A stretch of DNA of 45,466 nucleotides, counting the filler, from Jimgerdemannia flammicorona (taxonomy: Eukaryota), in the NCBI GenBank assembly GCA_003990765.1. It is 2 parts of 2 records of this genome, joined end to end, with 100 filler letters (N's around TTAATTAATTAA, not from the genome) between each part and the next. Parts side by side here need not be neighbours in the genome. Positions count along the whole stretch, not along the records: positions 1 to 22,684 come from RBNJ01001226.1; 1 more part is not named here. One strand, given 5' to 3'. Shown in pieces: positions 12,574 through 22,784 of the stretch (position 1 is the first letter of the stretch; every line of letters starts with the position of its first letter). Made by a program: the position numbers and the translations under genes. The notes beneath the pieces were generated by a model. That model saw nothing but the letters and a program-made list of their open reading frames with translations. It ran no database searches and was not told the origin of the DNA.

Positions 12574-12990
12574 TCCTGTGGATCCAAATCCTTTCTTTCC
12601 TCTTTTCATTTCCTCTAGCTTCTTAACTTCTATGATCTTTGGTTGTAGGATCAGAAAGATCAACATTTGCACCAATCAGTCCTTCTTCTTGACTGGAAAT
12701 GGGATTGTAGGATTGTGATTCCTAGCAATGAGTAGAATTTCTCCAGTATAGTCTGAATCGATGACTCCTTCTTCAATTGTGATTTCACTTCTAGCCAGGC
12801 TGCTTCTTGTCTTGAGAATCCTGATATAATCCTTTAGGATGGTCATCTCCAGTCCAGTTGTGAGTAGGGTAGTTGTCTGGGGTTCCAGTACAGTCTCTTC
12901 TACTATAGCAATGTCTATTCCAGCTACATTTTCTGACTTGTATTCTGGCAAGACTGCATCAGGATAGATCTTTCAAATCTTGATCTTGAT
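12574..12990 (-). pseudogene. dut: Trimeric dUTPase domain of element A, between protease and RT
   Basis: All five dUTPase motifs in order: AGIDI, RSSLA, GVIDSDYTGEI, D*LVQML, RGKKGFGSTG. Two in-frame TGA stops. Confidence 0.93.
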
Positions 12991-13340
12991 TTCTTCTTCA
13001 TCATCACTATCCTCCAGGAGGGCTGGTGGTTTGTCATCTTCCTCATTCTCTTCTTTCCTGATCTGTTTTTCGAGAGCTTTCTGCTTCTTTTCTGGTGGAT
13101 CTTCTTGATTCTGATGGTACACTGGTAGCAATCATTGATATGCTCCATACAGTACATCTTGATCCCATGAGGACAGAATTCTTGTGGGATATAACCTTCT
13201 GCAATCTTCTTGCACTATTCTTCTTTACTTATCCATCCAACTTTCTTCTTCTTTGGAGTAGTCACCATATAAGCTTCCTCTTGCTCACTCTCTTCTTCCT
13301 CCATGTTGGGCAGGACTCCTTTGTTGACATTGATGGGAAT

Positions 13341-13680
13341 TCATATCTTCTGTCCCCGGTAGGTAATCTGCATCTTCTGGGCATTGAGATTGATTACTGC
13401 CTTGGCTTTGTGAAGCCATTGATCGCCGATGAGGATGTCATAGTTGGTGGTATTGGTTACAATTATATCTACTGGGATAGTTGCTCCTCCAATCTTGATG
13501 GGAACATCCCAGATCTTTCTCAGAGGTGTGGCTCTTGTGCCATCAGCTGTGATGAACACCAGTTTAGTTACTTCTTCCACATTCCAACCTAGGCAGTCCA
13601 CTGCCTTCTTGCTGAGGAGACATCCTCCTGCTTACATATCAATGATAACTTCAAAGATTCTATCTTCGATTTGGCATGTT
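13341..13680 (-). pseudogene. pol: Aspartic protease of element A
   Basis: VIIDM*AGG (decayed D[TS]G), ITADG, YDILIGDQWL. Confidence 0.88.
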
Positions 13681-13699
13681 GCATAAGCAGACATTTTGC

Positions 13700-15070
13700 G
13701 ATTGTTCTCACTTTCTTCTCCTGAGTCCTCTTGAATGTTATTGGCCTCAGTTATCTTCCATCCTTATTCCTTAGTTGTTTCGGCAAGTCCAAACCTCATT
13801 TGCTGTCTGAATATTGGGATTTCTACAAGCTGACCAAAGGTTACATTGACCTTTTGTTGACTGAGATCCTTGAAGATATCATACTTGAAGGTCTTGGTCT
13901 TGTGAAGCTTCTTTTCTTTTTCTCCTTCACTGGCTGGAGTGGTTCTTTGGATGATATCTTGAACTGCTTGCTCCAGCTCCATATCTTGGTCCATCTCTTC
14001 AGCTTGGCTTTCTGGGGCAGTTTCCATCTGCTTTTCCACTGGGTTCTTCTTGGGTCTTCCTGGCGGTCTCTTGTAGGGTTCTTTGTGAACATCCTTCTTG
14101 GTGGTCTGAGCAGGATAGGCCTCTCATTTCTCTTCATTGGATTCTCCGATTTCTTCAAAGATGATTATATTGACCTGCTCCTTGTTTCATGTAGCATTAC
14201 TTGGTTGAGCCTTATACTTGGTTTCGCTCATGCATTCATAGGAGTAGTGGCCTTCTTCTCTGCAAGTATAGTAGGTGCCTTTCTTCTTGTCTGAGGTGGT
14301 GGCAAACTTCTGGACAGGGTGGCAGTCTCTTCCTCTGATCTCCTTTACTACATCCCCCAAGTGGGCAGTCATTTCTGTGAACCTCCTGGTAAGTTCCTCT
14401 AAAGGGTCACTGTTCTTTTGCTGCTCTGTAGCTTTGGGCTGAGGTGTGTTTCAATTGATCATTATGGTTGGGATCATACTGGTTGACTTAGGTGCCTCGA
14501 TTCTGACTCCTGTAACTCTCTCCATTGTATGGTCTTGTGGGTGTCTGGCTATCCAGTATCGCTGAGCATAGGTGACCTTTTGTGGCAGATCCAGAATCAC
14601 TAGTGATGAGTGGATGGCCATGGCTATTTCTGGATAGACTCCTTTCATGAAGATTGCTTCAGCTACTTGATCTCAGATAGCAGTAGTATAATCTGCAAGG
14701 ATTATCTGATATCAAATTCTGGTATAGAATGTGTTTGGATCCTTACTCATTCCTTGGCATATTATATTGAGCTGATCCTTCAGGGCTTGCTTGATCTTAT
14801 CTGTATAATATGTATTTCGGAGCCAGGTCTTCTGTACTGTCAGTATAGTATTGGCATCATTTCCTATATAGGTTGCGGCTGTAAATGCTGCTCTGGCAGG
14901 ACCTCATAGGCTGAAGGGCATGAGGGCTACTTGCTGTACTGCTGTCAGGGTCCTTACAGCAGCATACTGCTCAAAATTGTCAATGAAGGTGATGATTGAT
15001 TCATCTGAGGTATATCCATGGAATACTGGTGGTCTCATATCCATCTTATCAGGGTATTGGGGCTCGGTTT
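13700..15070 (-). pseudogene. gag: Gag of element A
   Basis: Zinc knuckle YYTCREEGHYSYEC (decayed CX2CX4HX4C) at ~14230-14275, located between the PBS and the protease. Confidence 0.8.
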
Positions 15071-15158
15071 GTATGGTTGTTTGGGTAGTGGCAGTTATTC
15101 ATTGTTCAGCTTGAAAGTGAGGAATTCATCTTGAATCACCAGCCAATAGGCACCAAGT

Positions 15159-15625
15159 TGTAATGTAGCCAATGCTTACTCTTGAAAGTACATCAGATTT
15201 CTGTATCTTGAAAACTTGACTGTTCTGACTCTCACAGAGTCTCTTGAAGTTGTAGGGAAGAATGGGTGAGTTCGAAGTATATCTGTCTATAGGCTTATTA
15301 GTTCCTTTACTATCTCTTTGCTTTGAACTATTTCGATCTGAGGTTTATTCACTCGAAGATACTGGGTTATTTATATAAGTTTGCTAGCTATGAGATGATT
15401 ACTGAGTTATATGGCTAGGTTATGAGTTATTTAACACTTTGCAAAATATTTCACTAGTTGTAAAATGCTATACAATATTGAGAAGCTTGATCTCACACTT
15501 TGTGAAATATTTAGCAAGTGGCAAAATTGAGGACTGCTAACTATGTGGCTATACTACTTTGGGACTGGGTGTGATCAAGTGTCTGTTCCCTATTTTCTTC
15601 TTCCGAATCTGGCTATACCATTACA
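15159..15625 (-). repeat. 5' LTR of element A
   Basis: Direct repeat of 8908-9374, followed on the minus strand by a 3-nt spacer and a TGG-initiated PBS. Confidence 0.95.
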
Positions 15626-16166
15626 ATATATTGTGGCATTTGTTATGTATAATGAACTTTGACTGCACGGCTCAATGTGTGCCACTTCGTGAAGTGCACA
15701 ATATATAACAGAGTGCATTGGTGATGTTTGTGGGTCAAGGGTCACATGACGGGTTGTTCGATTCATGCGGTAATAATAGCGGGAGGTTGTTCAATGATGG
15801 CTCAATTGTTTAGTAGATAAGGGTGGCGATTATGCTGGCTAAGTTTCCTGGTGGCGATTAACTTGGCGGCAAACTCGAATTTATATGGCAACAGTCTTGA
15901 CGGTCTTGCTCTTTATGCGGTCAATTAAAGCGGTCCGTGGTGCAGTAGGTCGGGGAAAAACGGAGGTTGACGGCTCGCTCATCCATCTTGACTTATTAAC
16001 TTGAAAGGTTCCTGGTGGTCATTTGGGTCTTTGGCAGCGTTCTTGTTTTGCTGGGTATCCTTGGGTTCCTTAGGTCTTTTAGCTGTGGTGCCAGGGTCTT
16101 GAATCTTGAATGGCGGTCGAATTGCATGGTCCGAATGGCGGCTTTCCTTAGTGGTGGGTCTTGAAC

Positions 16167-16491
16167 GTTTTCTTTCTTTCCGTGGCAAGAGAAAATTCTT
16201 TAACTCAAACTTCCGAGCGATCCGTTGCTCTAGGTTGTTATCTTGTTCTCAGAATTTATCTGGTCTCTTGGAGGCAGTGGTTATTTCACAAAACCAGTTG
16301 ACTGACTTTGCAGGCAGTCCATGGTCTTGAATCCTTTTCAGGGCAGCGGTCTTGTAATGTTTTCTTTCTTTCTGTGGTAAGAGAAAATTCTTTAACTCAA
16401 ACCTCGAGTGATCGTTGCTCTAGTTATCTTGTTCTCAGAATTTATCTGGTCTCTTGGAGGCAGTGGTTATTTCTCAAAACCAGTTGACTGA
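16167..16491. repeat. Two ~135-bp direct repeats (16167-16305 and 16359-16491) inside the putative LTR of B
   Basis: Near-identical blocks gttttctttctttcYgtggYaagagaaaattctttaactcaaac...aaaccagttgactga. Confidence 0.9.
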
Positions 16492-16542
16492 GGTTTATTC
16501 ACTCTAAGAATATGGGTTATTTATACAAGTTTGCTAGCTATG
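16488..16542 (-). promoter_or_regulatory. LTR core: TATA box and polyadenylation signal
   Basis: Minus strand reads CATAGCTAGCAAACTTG-TATAAATA-18 nt-AATAAA-CCTCAG. 51/55 identical to 9087-9141 in the LTR of element A. Confidence 0.75.
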
Positions 16543-16651
16543 GGAGAGGGGGCATGACTAAGGCTAAGGTATACTATGTTGTGGCGAACTTATGCTATTG
16601 GTTTGCATGATGCGAAGTGCAGGCTATTGTTTACTACGGATTGGGTTGTAG

Positions 16652-16893
16652 GGGATAGCAACGCTGGATTCGGACTTGCTGACAAAACGCTAAAAATGGT
16701 GGCACTGGATAGCAATGCTGAAAACGGTTGTGCTGGGTAGCAATGCTGAATTCGGATGAGCTGACATGATATGATGATTTTTGCCAGAAATGGTTGTAGA
16801 GGGTGGTAATGCTGAATTCGGACCTGCTGACAAAATGCTGAAAATGGTGGTACTGGGTAGCAACGCTGGAAACGGACTTGCTGACAAAAGCTG
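16652..16893. repeat. Compound tandem repeats upstream of the TATA box (enhancer-like)
   Basis: Recurring gRtagcaaYgctg...cgga...gctgacaaaa modules, about 5 partial copies. Confidence 0.8.
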
Positions 16894-16919
16894 GGTTCTT
16901 ACGGCTGATGGGCGGTACT

Positions 16920-18056
16920 CTAGAGGAAATAGTACCCTTCATCTGTGGTGGGCAAATCTTGCTGGGTTGTGATTTCTTCTTCATCATATCTCTCCTCAAA
17001 GGGGGGAAGCGCCGGCCAAGAGGTGAGGGGGTAGAAAAGTGGCCAGTCATCTTCAACAACATTCTCCAACCCTTGAACAGCTTGAATGCGGACAGAGGAC
17101 TGGTAGACTCTCTGTTGCTCCTCTTCTTCCTCTGAAGGCTCATCAGTTTCAGTATCAGAGGGGTTTTCTTCAGGGGCAGGGTCTTGGAGTTCTTGGGCCT
17201 CCTCTTCAAAGACAGGAACTTCTTGGGCTTCTTCTTGATTCGGTTCCCAAATGATGAGGTGTGAATTGTGGCTGACAGGATGGTGGGTGGTTGGGGTAGC
17301 TCCAATGGGTGTCTCTATAGTGATGGGTGGTCCTTCAAATATCTCCATAAGACTCATTAAGTGACCTTGATGGTTGTCTCGGAGTGGGGTGGTGTGGAAA
17401 CCTGGCTGAGTGGGTTGGGTTTGTTGGCTTCCTACGGCGATGCGGTTGCTGCCAATAGCATTGGCTACTTCAGATTCTATCCAGTCAGCATCTTCAGTTG
17501 AAAGGTGGGAGAGGCTGCCAGCTGTTACTCCTTGTAAGTATGCTATAGCCCAGGGAATATGGCAGAAGATTTGATGGACACGGAGGGCTCTCTTGATTAG
17601 CCGGGTGGTGGTTAACATTTCGACAATGAGGTCTTCCTGGTCATCTTCTTGAGTTTCATTGCAGAGATGGTGTCTGATTTCATAGTCATGCCAGAGGGTC
17701 ATTCATTCGGTAGTGTCTTTGAGCTATTGAGTCATTATATACCGGTAGTTAATGAAGTGTCCAAGGTCCTCAGTATAGAAGTTCAAGTGTTCAGAAGTAT
17801 CTGGGCACCAGATGGCCTTCTTGATAGCTTCAAAGATCAGAGTCTTTGGGCCGGGCAAAGGGGTAGAGCGGCGGGAGGTCTGGTTGGATCGGTGGATGGG
17901 AGGCATTGTGTGGTGGGTACTTGGTTCTTTGGTGCTAATCCCTGAGGCAGAGTATGGTTCCTTAAATAATGTGGTCTTCATTTTGGCTCGGATCATCTTA
18001 TCTTCTTTTGGTGAAACCACTTGATGGATTGGGCTGGTCACCAGTTATCGCACCAT
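16920..18056 (-). pseudogene. 379-codon ORF of unknown function inside the putative LTR of B, with an acidic C-terminus
   Basis: ORFs 17724-18041 and 16920-17702 are in the same frame as an ATG at 18056. There are only three internal stops (TAA, TAG, TGA), each one transition away from a sense codon. Confidence 0.65.
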
Positions 18057-18459
18057 AATGTCGTCTGATCTTATGGTCACAGGGTACTCTGAATTTGGAC
18101 AGGGTCAATTGTAGATGTCACATCTGCCCCTTGCAAAATTAGAGCCATCCTCGGCGGTGAGGGTTATATAGAGTTGGGTGGTCTTAACTCCAGGGACAAG
18201 CAGAATGCTAGTGCATTTGTAAGGACTGGCCATCCTTGTCTAGGGCAAGGGCTCCCATAGTCACGGTTGGGGGTTCAAACCTATCGAAAATAGTATTACT
18301 TGTAATCCGAGGCAATCTCTTAGTAACAATGTCTGTCACGTGAATGGGCTTAAGTCTGGTTCCAATGTTGTTGGCTTTCTTGAGTTCCGAGTGAAACGTC
18401 CATCGTATCTCCAGCAGAGGCGACACAGACAGAGTGAACCGGATTGTTCAAATGCGTTT

Positions 18460-19560
18460 TGCTTCTCTTGAGTAGTAGAGTCTTATGCGGTTGCGATGTA
18501 TCTTGGTCTTGAGTATAACTCCATCCAAGGTCTTGAGTTGATAAGTGTGGTTCGAGAATACTTGGTGTATGAGATAGGGGCCTTTCTATTTTGGTTCAAG
18601 CTTGGCACTCCAATTTCCTTCTATGATGGTACGGTACACCAGAACCTTTTGCCCAATGAGCAGGGGTTCAAGGTCGGCTTTGCAGTCATAGTACTTCTTT
18701 TGGCGTTCTTGTGCCTTGGCGGTAAATCCTCATGCTTGCTGGCGTATGTTGTGTAACCAGGTGATCTCTTCTGTGACTCGTTTTGACAAATCTAGCTAGA
18801 CTGGTTCAGTAGGATCTTGTGCTTCTTGGCCATATACCAAATAGAAGGGGGTCTGTTGGGTAGCAGTTGCCTTAGAGGTACGGATGCTGAACAGAATTGC
18901 CGGTAGATAGATATCCCAGTTTAGTTGATCTCTGGTTCTACTGAGACCTCACTTGATAGTCTGGTTCATTCATTCAGTGAGTCCATTTATCTGTGGGTGG
19001 TAGGCTGTTGTTGGTCGTAGCTTGATCTTGAAGTTACTCGCAAAGGTCTTCATGGCTTGGTTGACGAATTCTCGGCCTTGGTCTGTAATGATTTCCTTGG
19101 GCACACCATGGCGGCTGAAAATTTCATCATACAGGATTCCAATAATTGTCTGGGCATCGGTAGTCTCAATGGCAAAGGCTTCAGGCCATTTTGTGAGGTG
19201 GTCTTCGATAGTGAGGATGTAGCGTCTTCCTTGGCTGGTTACTGATAGAGGTCCAATAATGTCTATTCCTAGTCTTTGAAAGGCTCCAGCTGGTGTTGTG
19301 ATCAGTATTAATGGTGCTCTGTCGGTAGGCTTTTGTCAGTATCTTTGGCAGGTATCACATTGTTGAATGTGTATTGAAATTTGTTTTCTCATCTTGGGCC
19401 ATCAGTATCGCTTCTTGATTCTTGCAATTGTGGCGCCAATTTCTTGGTGTGCATTTTGGTCATGATTTGTTGTCAGGATCTTCAATATTTCTTCTTCTCT
19501 TGGAACTCAGGTATACTGCTCTCCTTCTACTCTCCAAAGTTTGCCATCACCTTCTTGGAA
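18460..19560 (-). pseudogene. pol: Integrase of element B
   Basis: HDQNAH...CDTCQ, LGIDIIGPL, DHLTKWPEA, IITDQGREF, YHPQINGLTE, KGPY. Confidence 0.93.
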
Positions 19561-19715
19561 TTTCTTGAAATTCCTTTGGACAAACAACTTGTGGGCTGGT
19601 TGGATTCCTTTCTTGAAGCTTCTATGGTGCAGACTCCAGGTGAGGGCGAGGCGCAATTCTTGGTTCATTTGGGTGAGCGGGAAGCAGCCTTCTCTTGTGG
19701 GGGCTCCTTCCCTTC

Positions 19716-21060
19716 TTATTGGTTTCGCAGGATTCTTGACAGGGTATCAACATTGGAATTCTTAGCACCTTTCTTGTAGACAATAGTGAATTGATATTCT
19801 TGTAGAGACATGATCCATCTAGTGAAGATTCCTGAGGGCTCTGGCTTGTTAAACAACCATTGTAGAGCTTGGTGGTCAGTGATGAGAGCGAATCTCTTTC
19901 TCAAGAGATAGTGTTGGAAGTGATCCATGGCCCAAACTACAGCTAGGCATTCCAACTTAGTGGCCCCATAGTTCGCTTGGGTTTCATTTGTGGCCTTACT
20001 AGCATATTCGATAACATGCTCCCTCTTCTGGTCATCTTGCTGAGACAGAATTGATCCAAGTCCTAAGGCTGAGGCATCAGTTGCCAGGATGAATGGTTTG
20101 CCAAAGTCTGGTCGCACCAGGACAGGGGCTTTGGTAAGGGCCTTTTTGAGTAGCTCAAATGACTTTTGTTGTTCTTCTTTTCAGTAGAATGGTTGGTCCT
20201 TCTTGGAGATATCGTGGAGAGGTACTGCCTTATCTGAAAACTTTGGGATAAATCGTTGATAGTAGGATGCCAGCATAAGGAAAGATAGGGTCTCCTTTGC
20301 TGAGGTCGGGGTTGGGTAGTTCTTGACTTTCTCTACTTTGCGGAGGTCAGCATGTGTTCCTTGAGCTGAGACAACATATCCCAGATATTCAACTTGATGT
20401 TTTCCGAAGAAGCACTTCTTGGCGTTGAGTCTGAGTCCTGAATTTCGAATGGTATTGAATACTTCGCGGAGGTCTTGCAAATGTTGCTTGAATGTCTCAG
20501 AGTAGATGATTACATCATCTATGTACACTAGTACATTTCTTCCAATGAGATCCCGGTAGACATAGTTCATCATTCATTGGAATGAGGCAGGTGCATTGCA
20601 GAGTCCAAAGGGTATTCATAGGTATTCATACTGTCCTCATCTGGTGATGAAGGCCATCTTGCAGATATCTTCCTTGGCAATGGGTATTACTTGGAATCCT
20701 TGGAACTGGTCAGTAGTGGTCATATATTTGGCTTTTCCAAGGGCATTGATGAGGTCATCAATTCTTGACAGTGGGTAGGCATCTTCTGTGGTGACTTTGT
20801 TGAGTTTTCTGAAATCTACGACCAATCTCCATCCTCCTTTCTTTGGTACTATGATTGCTGGTGAAGCCCAGGGGCTTGATGATGGTCTAATGACTCCGTT
20901 TCATAGCATTTCGTCTATGTGTTGTTGTTCGAATTCAATCAGATGATGTGGTGTTCGGTAGGATCATTGTCAGATTGGTCTTGCATCTCCAGTATGTATA
21001 GGGTGTTCTCCGTATTGATATGGTGGGAAGTTATCATATGTGGTGGTAAATATATCTTTG
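19716..21060 (-). pseudogene. pol: Reverse transcriptase and RNase H of element B
   Basis: VVDFRKLN, DAYPL, VYIDDVIIYS; TDASALGLGSIL, ITDHQALQWL. Confidence 0.95.
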
Positions 21061-21562
21061 TACTCCTCTATCAACTCCTGTATCTGTTGTTGCTGGTCCT
21101 TGGTCAGAGTTGTCTCGATGTCGATGGCTTTGATTGCTGAATTTGCTGAGTCTTCCTCCCTAGTACCGTCAGTCTCACTGGAGAGGGCTTGCCGTTTCCC
21201 AAGAATTCGAAGACTTCTTCCTCGTAGGTGTCTATCAGTGGTTTGAAATATCCCAATGTTGTTTTGGGGATAGTTATCACTTCGAAACCCGAGTTTCTGA
21301 TAGGGATGTGGATCAGTGACATCTGGTCATGAATTCGTTCTTCAGCCAGGAGAATGTGGTATTCCTTTTGAAGCTTCAGTGATGGTGCAAATATCAAGTT
21401 GTTTGCTTCTACTGGTAGGTGCACATCTAGGCCTTTTTGCTGGTAGGGCTGTAGGAGGATGTCTTCTCTTGCTTGAATTGAGCAGCAGATATGGGGTCTC
21501 ATTTGTCGGAATTGAGCAACTGTTGCTAAATGAACCTCGATAGGTGGTGTCCGTAGATTTCT

Positions 21563-21974
21563 ATTGGTGCTTCCAAAGCCTCCTTGTCCTCTGTTAGTAT
21601 CTTCTAGTTGGTCTACCTCTTAAATGGTTGGCTGTGATGTCTTGATAAACAGGATTTGGCAGATGGCTTCCATAGGACTGAAGAATTGGCTGGTTCTACT
21701 AGAATTGCGGATAATGGCCTTCAAGGGACCTCGATAGTCCTGATTGATGACTCCTCCTTCTACTGTGACTCCTTTGGTTGCCCAAGAGGATCTTGAGGCC
21801 AATTGTCCATAATGCCCAGGTGGTATAGTGAGTGCAATCTGTAGGTCAAAGGTCCTGGTACTTCTGGGTCGGGTTCTTGCTTGGTAGGGGAGGCAGAGGT
21901 CATAACCAACTAATCCTTCAGTTTGTGCAAGAGGTGGCTGTGCCCAGGGTGAAAGCAGCTTGACCTGGATAATT
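21563..21974 (-). pseudogene. dut: Trimeric dUTPase domain of element B
   Basis: VGYDL, SRSSWA, GVINQDYRGPL, ICQIL, and after one TAA stop RGQGGFGST. Confidence 0.92.
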
Positions 21975-22684
21975 GGTTGAGCTTTGAGAAATGGCACTTC
22001 AGCTGTTGCCATTGTAGGTGAGAAGTCCATGCGCTCCAGTTTGAAGAAAGGCCAGTGAGCTCCTGTCTTTGAGTTTCTTGTGTAATTGAATCCAGTCTTT
22101 CCTAGAGGGTCCAGAGCTTCCATAAGGATGAAGGCAAGGTTGATACCTTCTTTTCCTTGATGAGGGTGGTAGTACCAGTGAATAATGGCCAGGACTTCCA
22201 ATGGTAGGTCCCAGATAGAGGTCTTGCTCTTGAACTTGCAATTTCCTTCATGGTTGATTTCTTTGTACTTCCGACAGGCCCAGTGAATTCGAGGTTCTTG
22301 CAGGGTGGGATCCTTTCTCTTGACTTGGCTCTTGTAGACATCTTCGCTGAGGTGAACATCTCGATGTTCACATCAGTAGCAGGTAAAGGTTTTTCTGCAA
22401 TCACAATGTCCCTTCTTGACAAAGTCTTCATTTTGCTGTTTGATCTCCCTGCTGGTAGGGAATCTCTTCCGATACTTGTCATAAGTGGGCTGTGTGATCT
22501 GGAGGGCCCGGGTGATAGTGTAAGAGCTGTTGCTTTCTCCTTCAATGGTAAGGGACTTGAATGTTGGTGGGCGAGGATCTTCTGTCCTTCCTTATAGGTC
22601 TTCTTGAAGGTCTTTGGGGTTGGAGGTTGTATTCGGCTGTGGGATGGTGCTTGCTTCAATTCATCCTTGTCATCAATTTCTGGC

Positions 22685-22784
22685 NNNNNNNNNNNNNNNN
22701 NNNNNNNNNNNNNNNNNNNNNNNNNNNNTTAATTAATTAANNNNNNNNNNNNNNNNNNNNNNNNNNNNNNNNNNNNNNNNNNNN
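22685..22784. other. Assembly spacer: N44-TTAATTAATTAA-N44
   Basis: Exactly 100 nt, symmetric, with a central 12-mer that has stops in all six frames. This is typical of artificial contig concatenation. Confidence 0.95.

Larger units (their letters stand above)
8908..15625 (-). mobile_element. Full-length decayed Ty3/Gypsy LTR retrotransposon with dUTPase (element A): gag-PR-dUTPase-RT-RH-IN
   Basis: Two 467-bp direct repeats bounded by TGT...ACA. PBS-like TGGTGCCTATTGGCT at 15141-15155 and PPT at 9375-9387. Possible 4-bp TSD atac/atat. Domain order RT-RH-IN. Confidence 0.95.
15632..18122 (-). repeat. Putative 2.49-kb 3' LTR of element B
   Basis: Starts right after the PPT (TTTTGCAAGGGGCAGA) with TGTGACATCT and ends AAATGCCACA, an 8/10 terminal inverted repeat. 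It contains the TATA/AATAAA block shared with the LTR of element A. The partner LTR is not in the window. Confidence 0.65.
15632..22684 (-). mobile_element. Ty3/Gypsy element B with dUTPase; 5' part lost in the assembly gap
   Basis: Accessory domains, dUTPase, RT, RH and IN on the minus strand, with a PPT at 18123-18138. It retains more CpG than the neighbouring elements. Confidence 0.9.

Noticed and set aside
18041..18122. 64-bp mini-LTR followed by a PBS (ACA-tta-TGGTGCGATAACTGGTGA, similar to the PBS of element A)
   Set aside because: Not preferred. The motif coincides with the ATG GTG CGA start of the LTR ORF, no second copy of the 64-mer is present, and the better terminal inverted repeat pairs 18122 with 15632. 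It cannot be fully excluded.
22102..22659. 185-aa ORF as the true coding frame upstream of the B dUTPase
   Set aside because: The frame continuous with the dUTPase and homologous to element C is a different one, broken by TGA/TAA transitions.
22729..22740. Palindromic TTAATTAATTAA motif
   Set aside because: It sits at the centre of a symmetric N spacer and is an assembly linker, not biological sequence.
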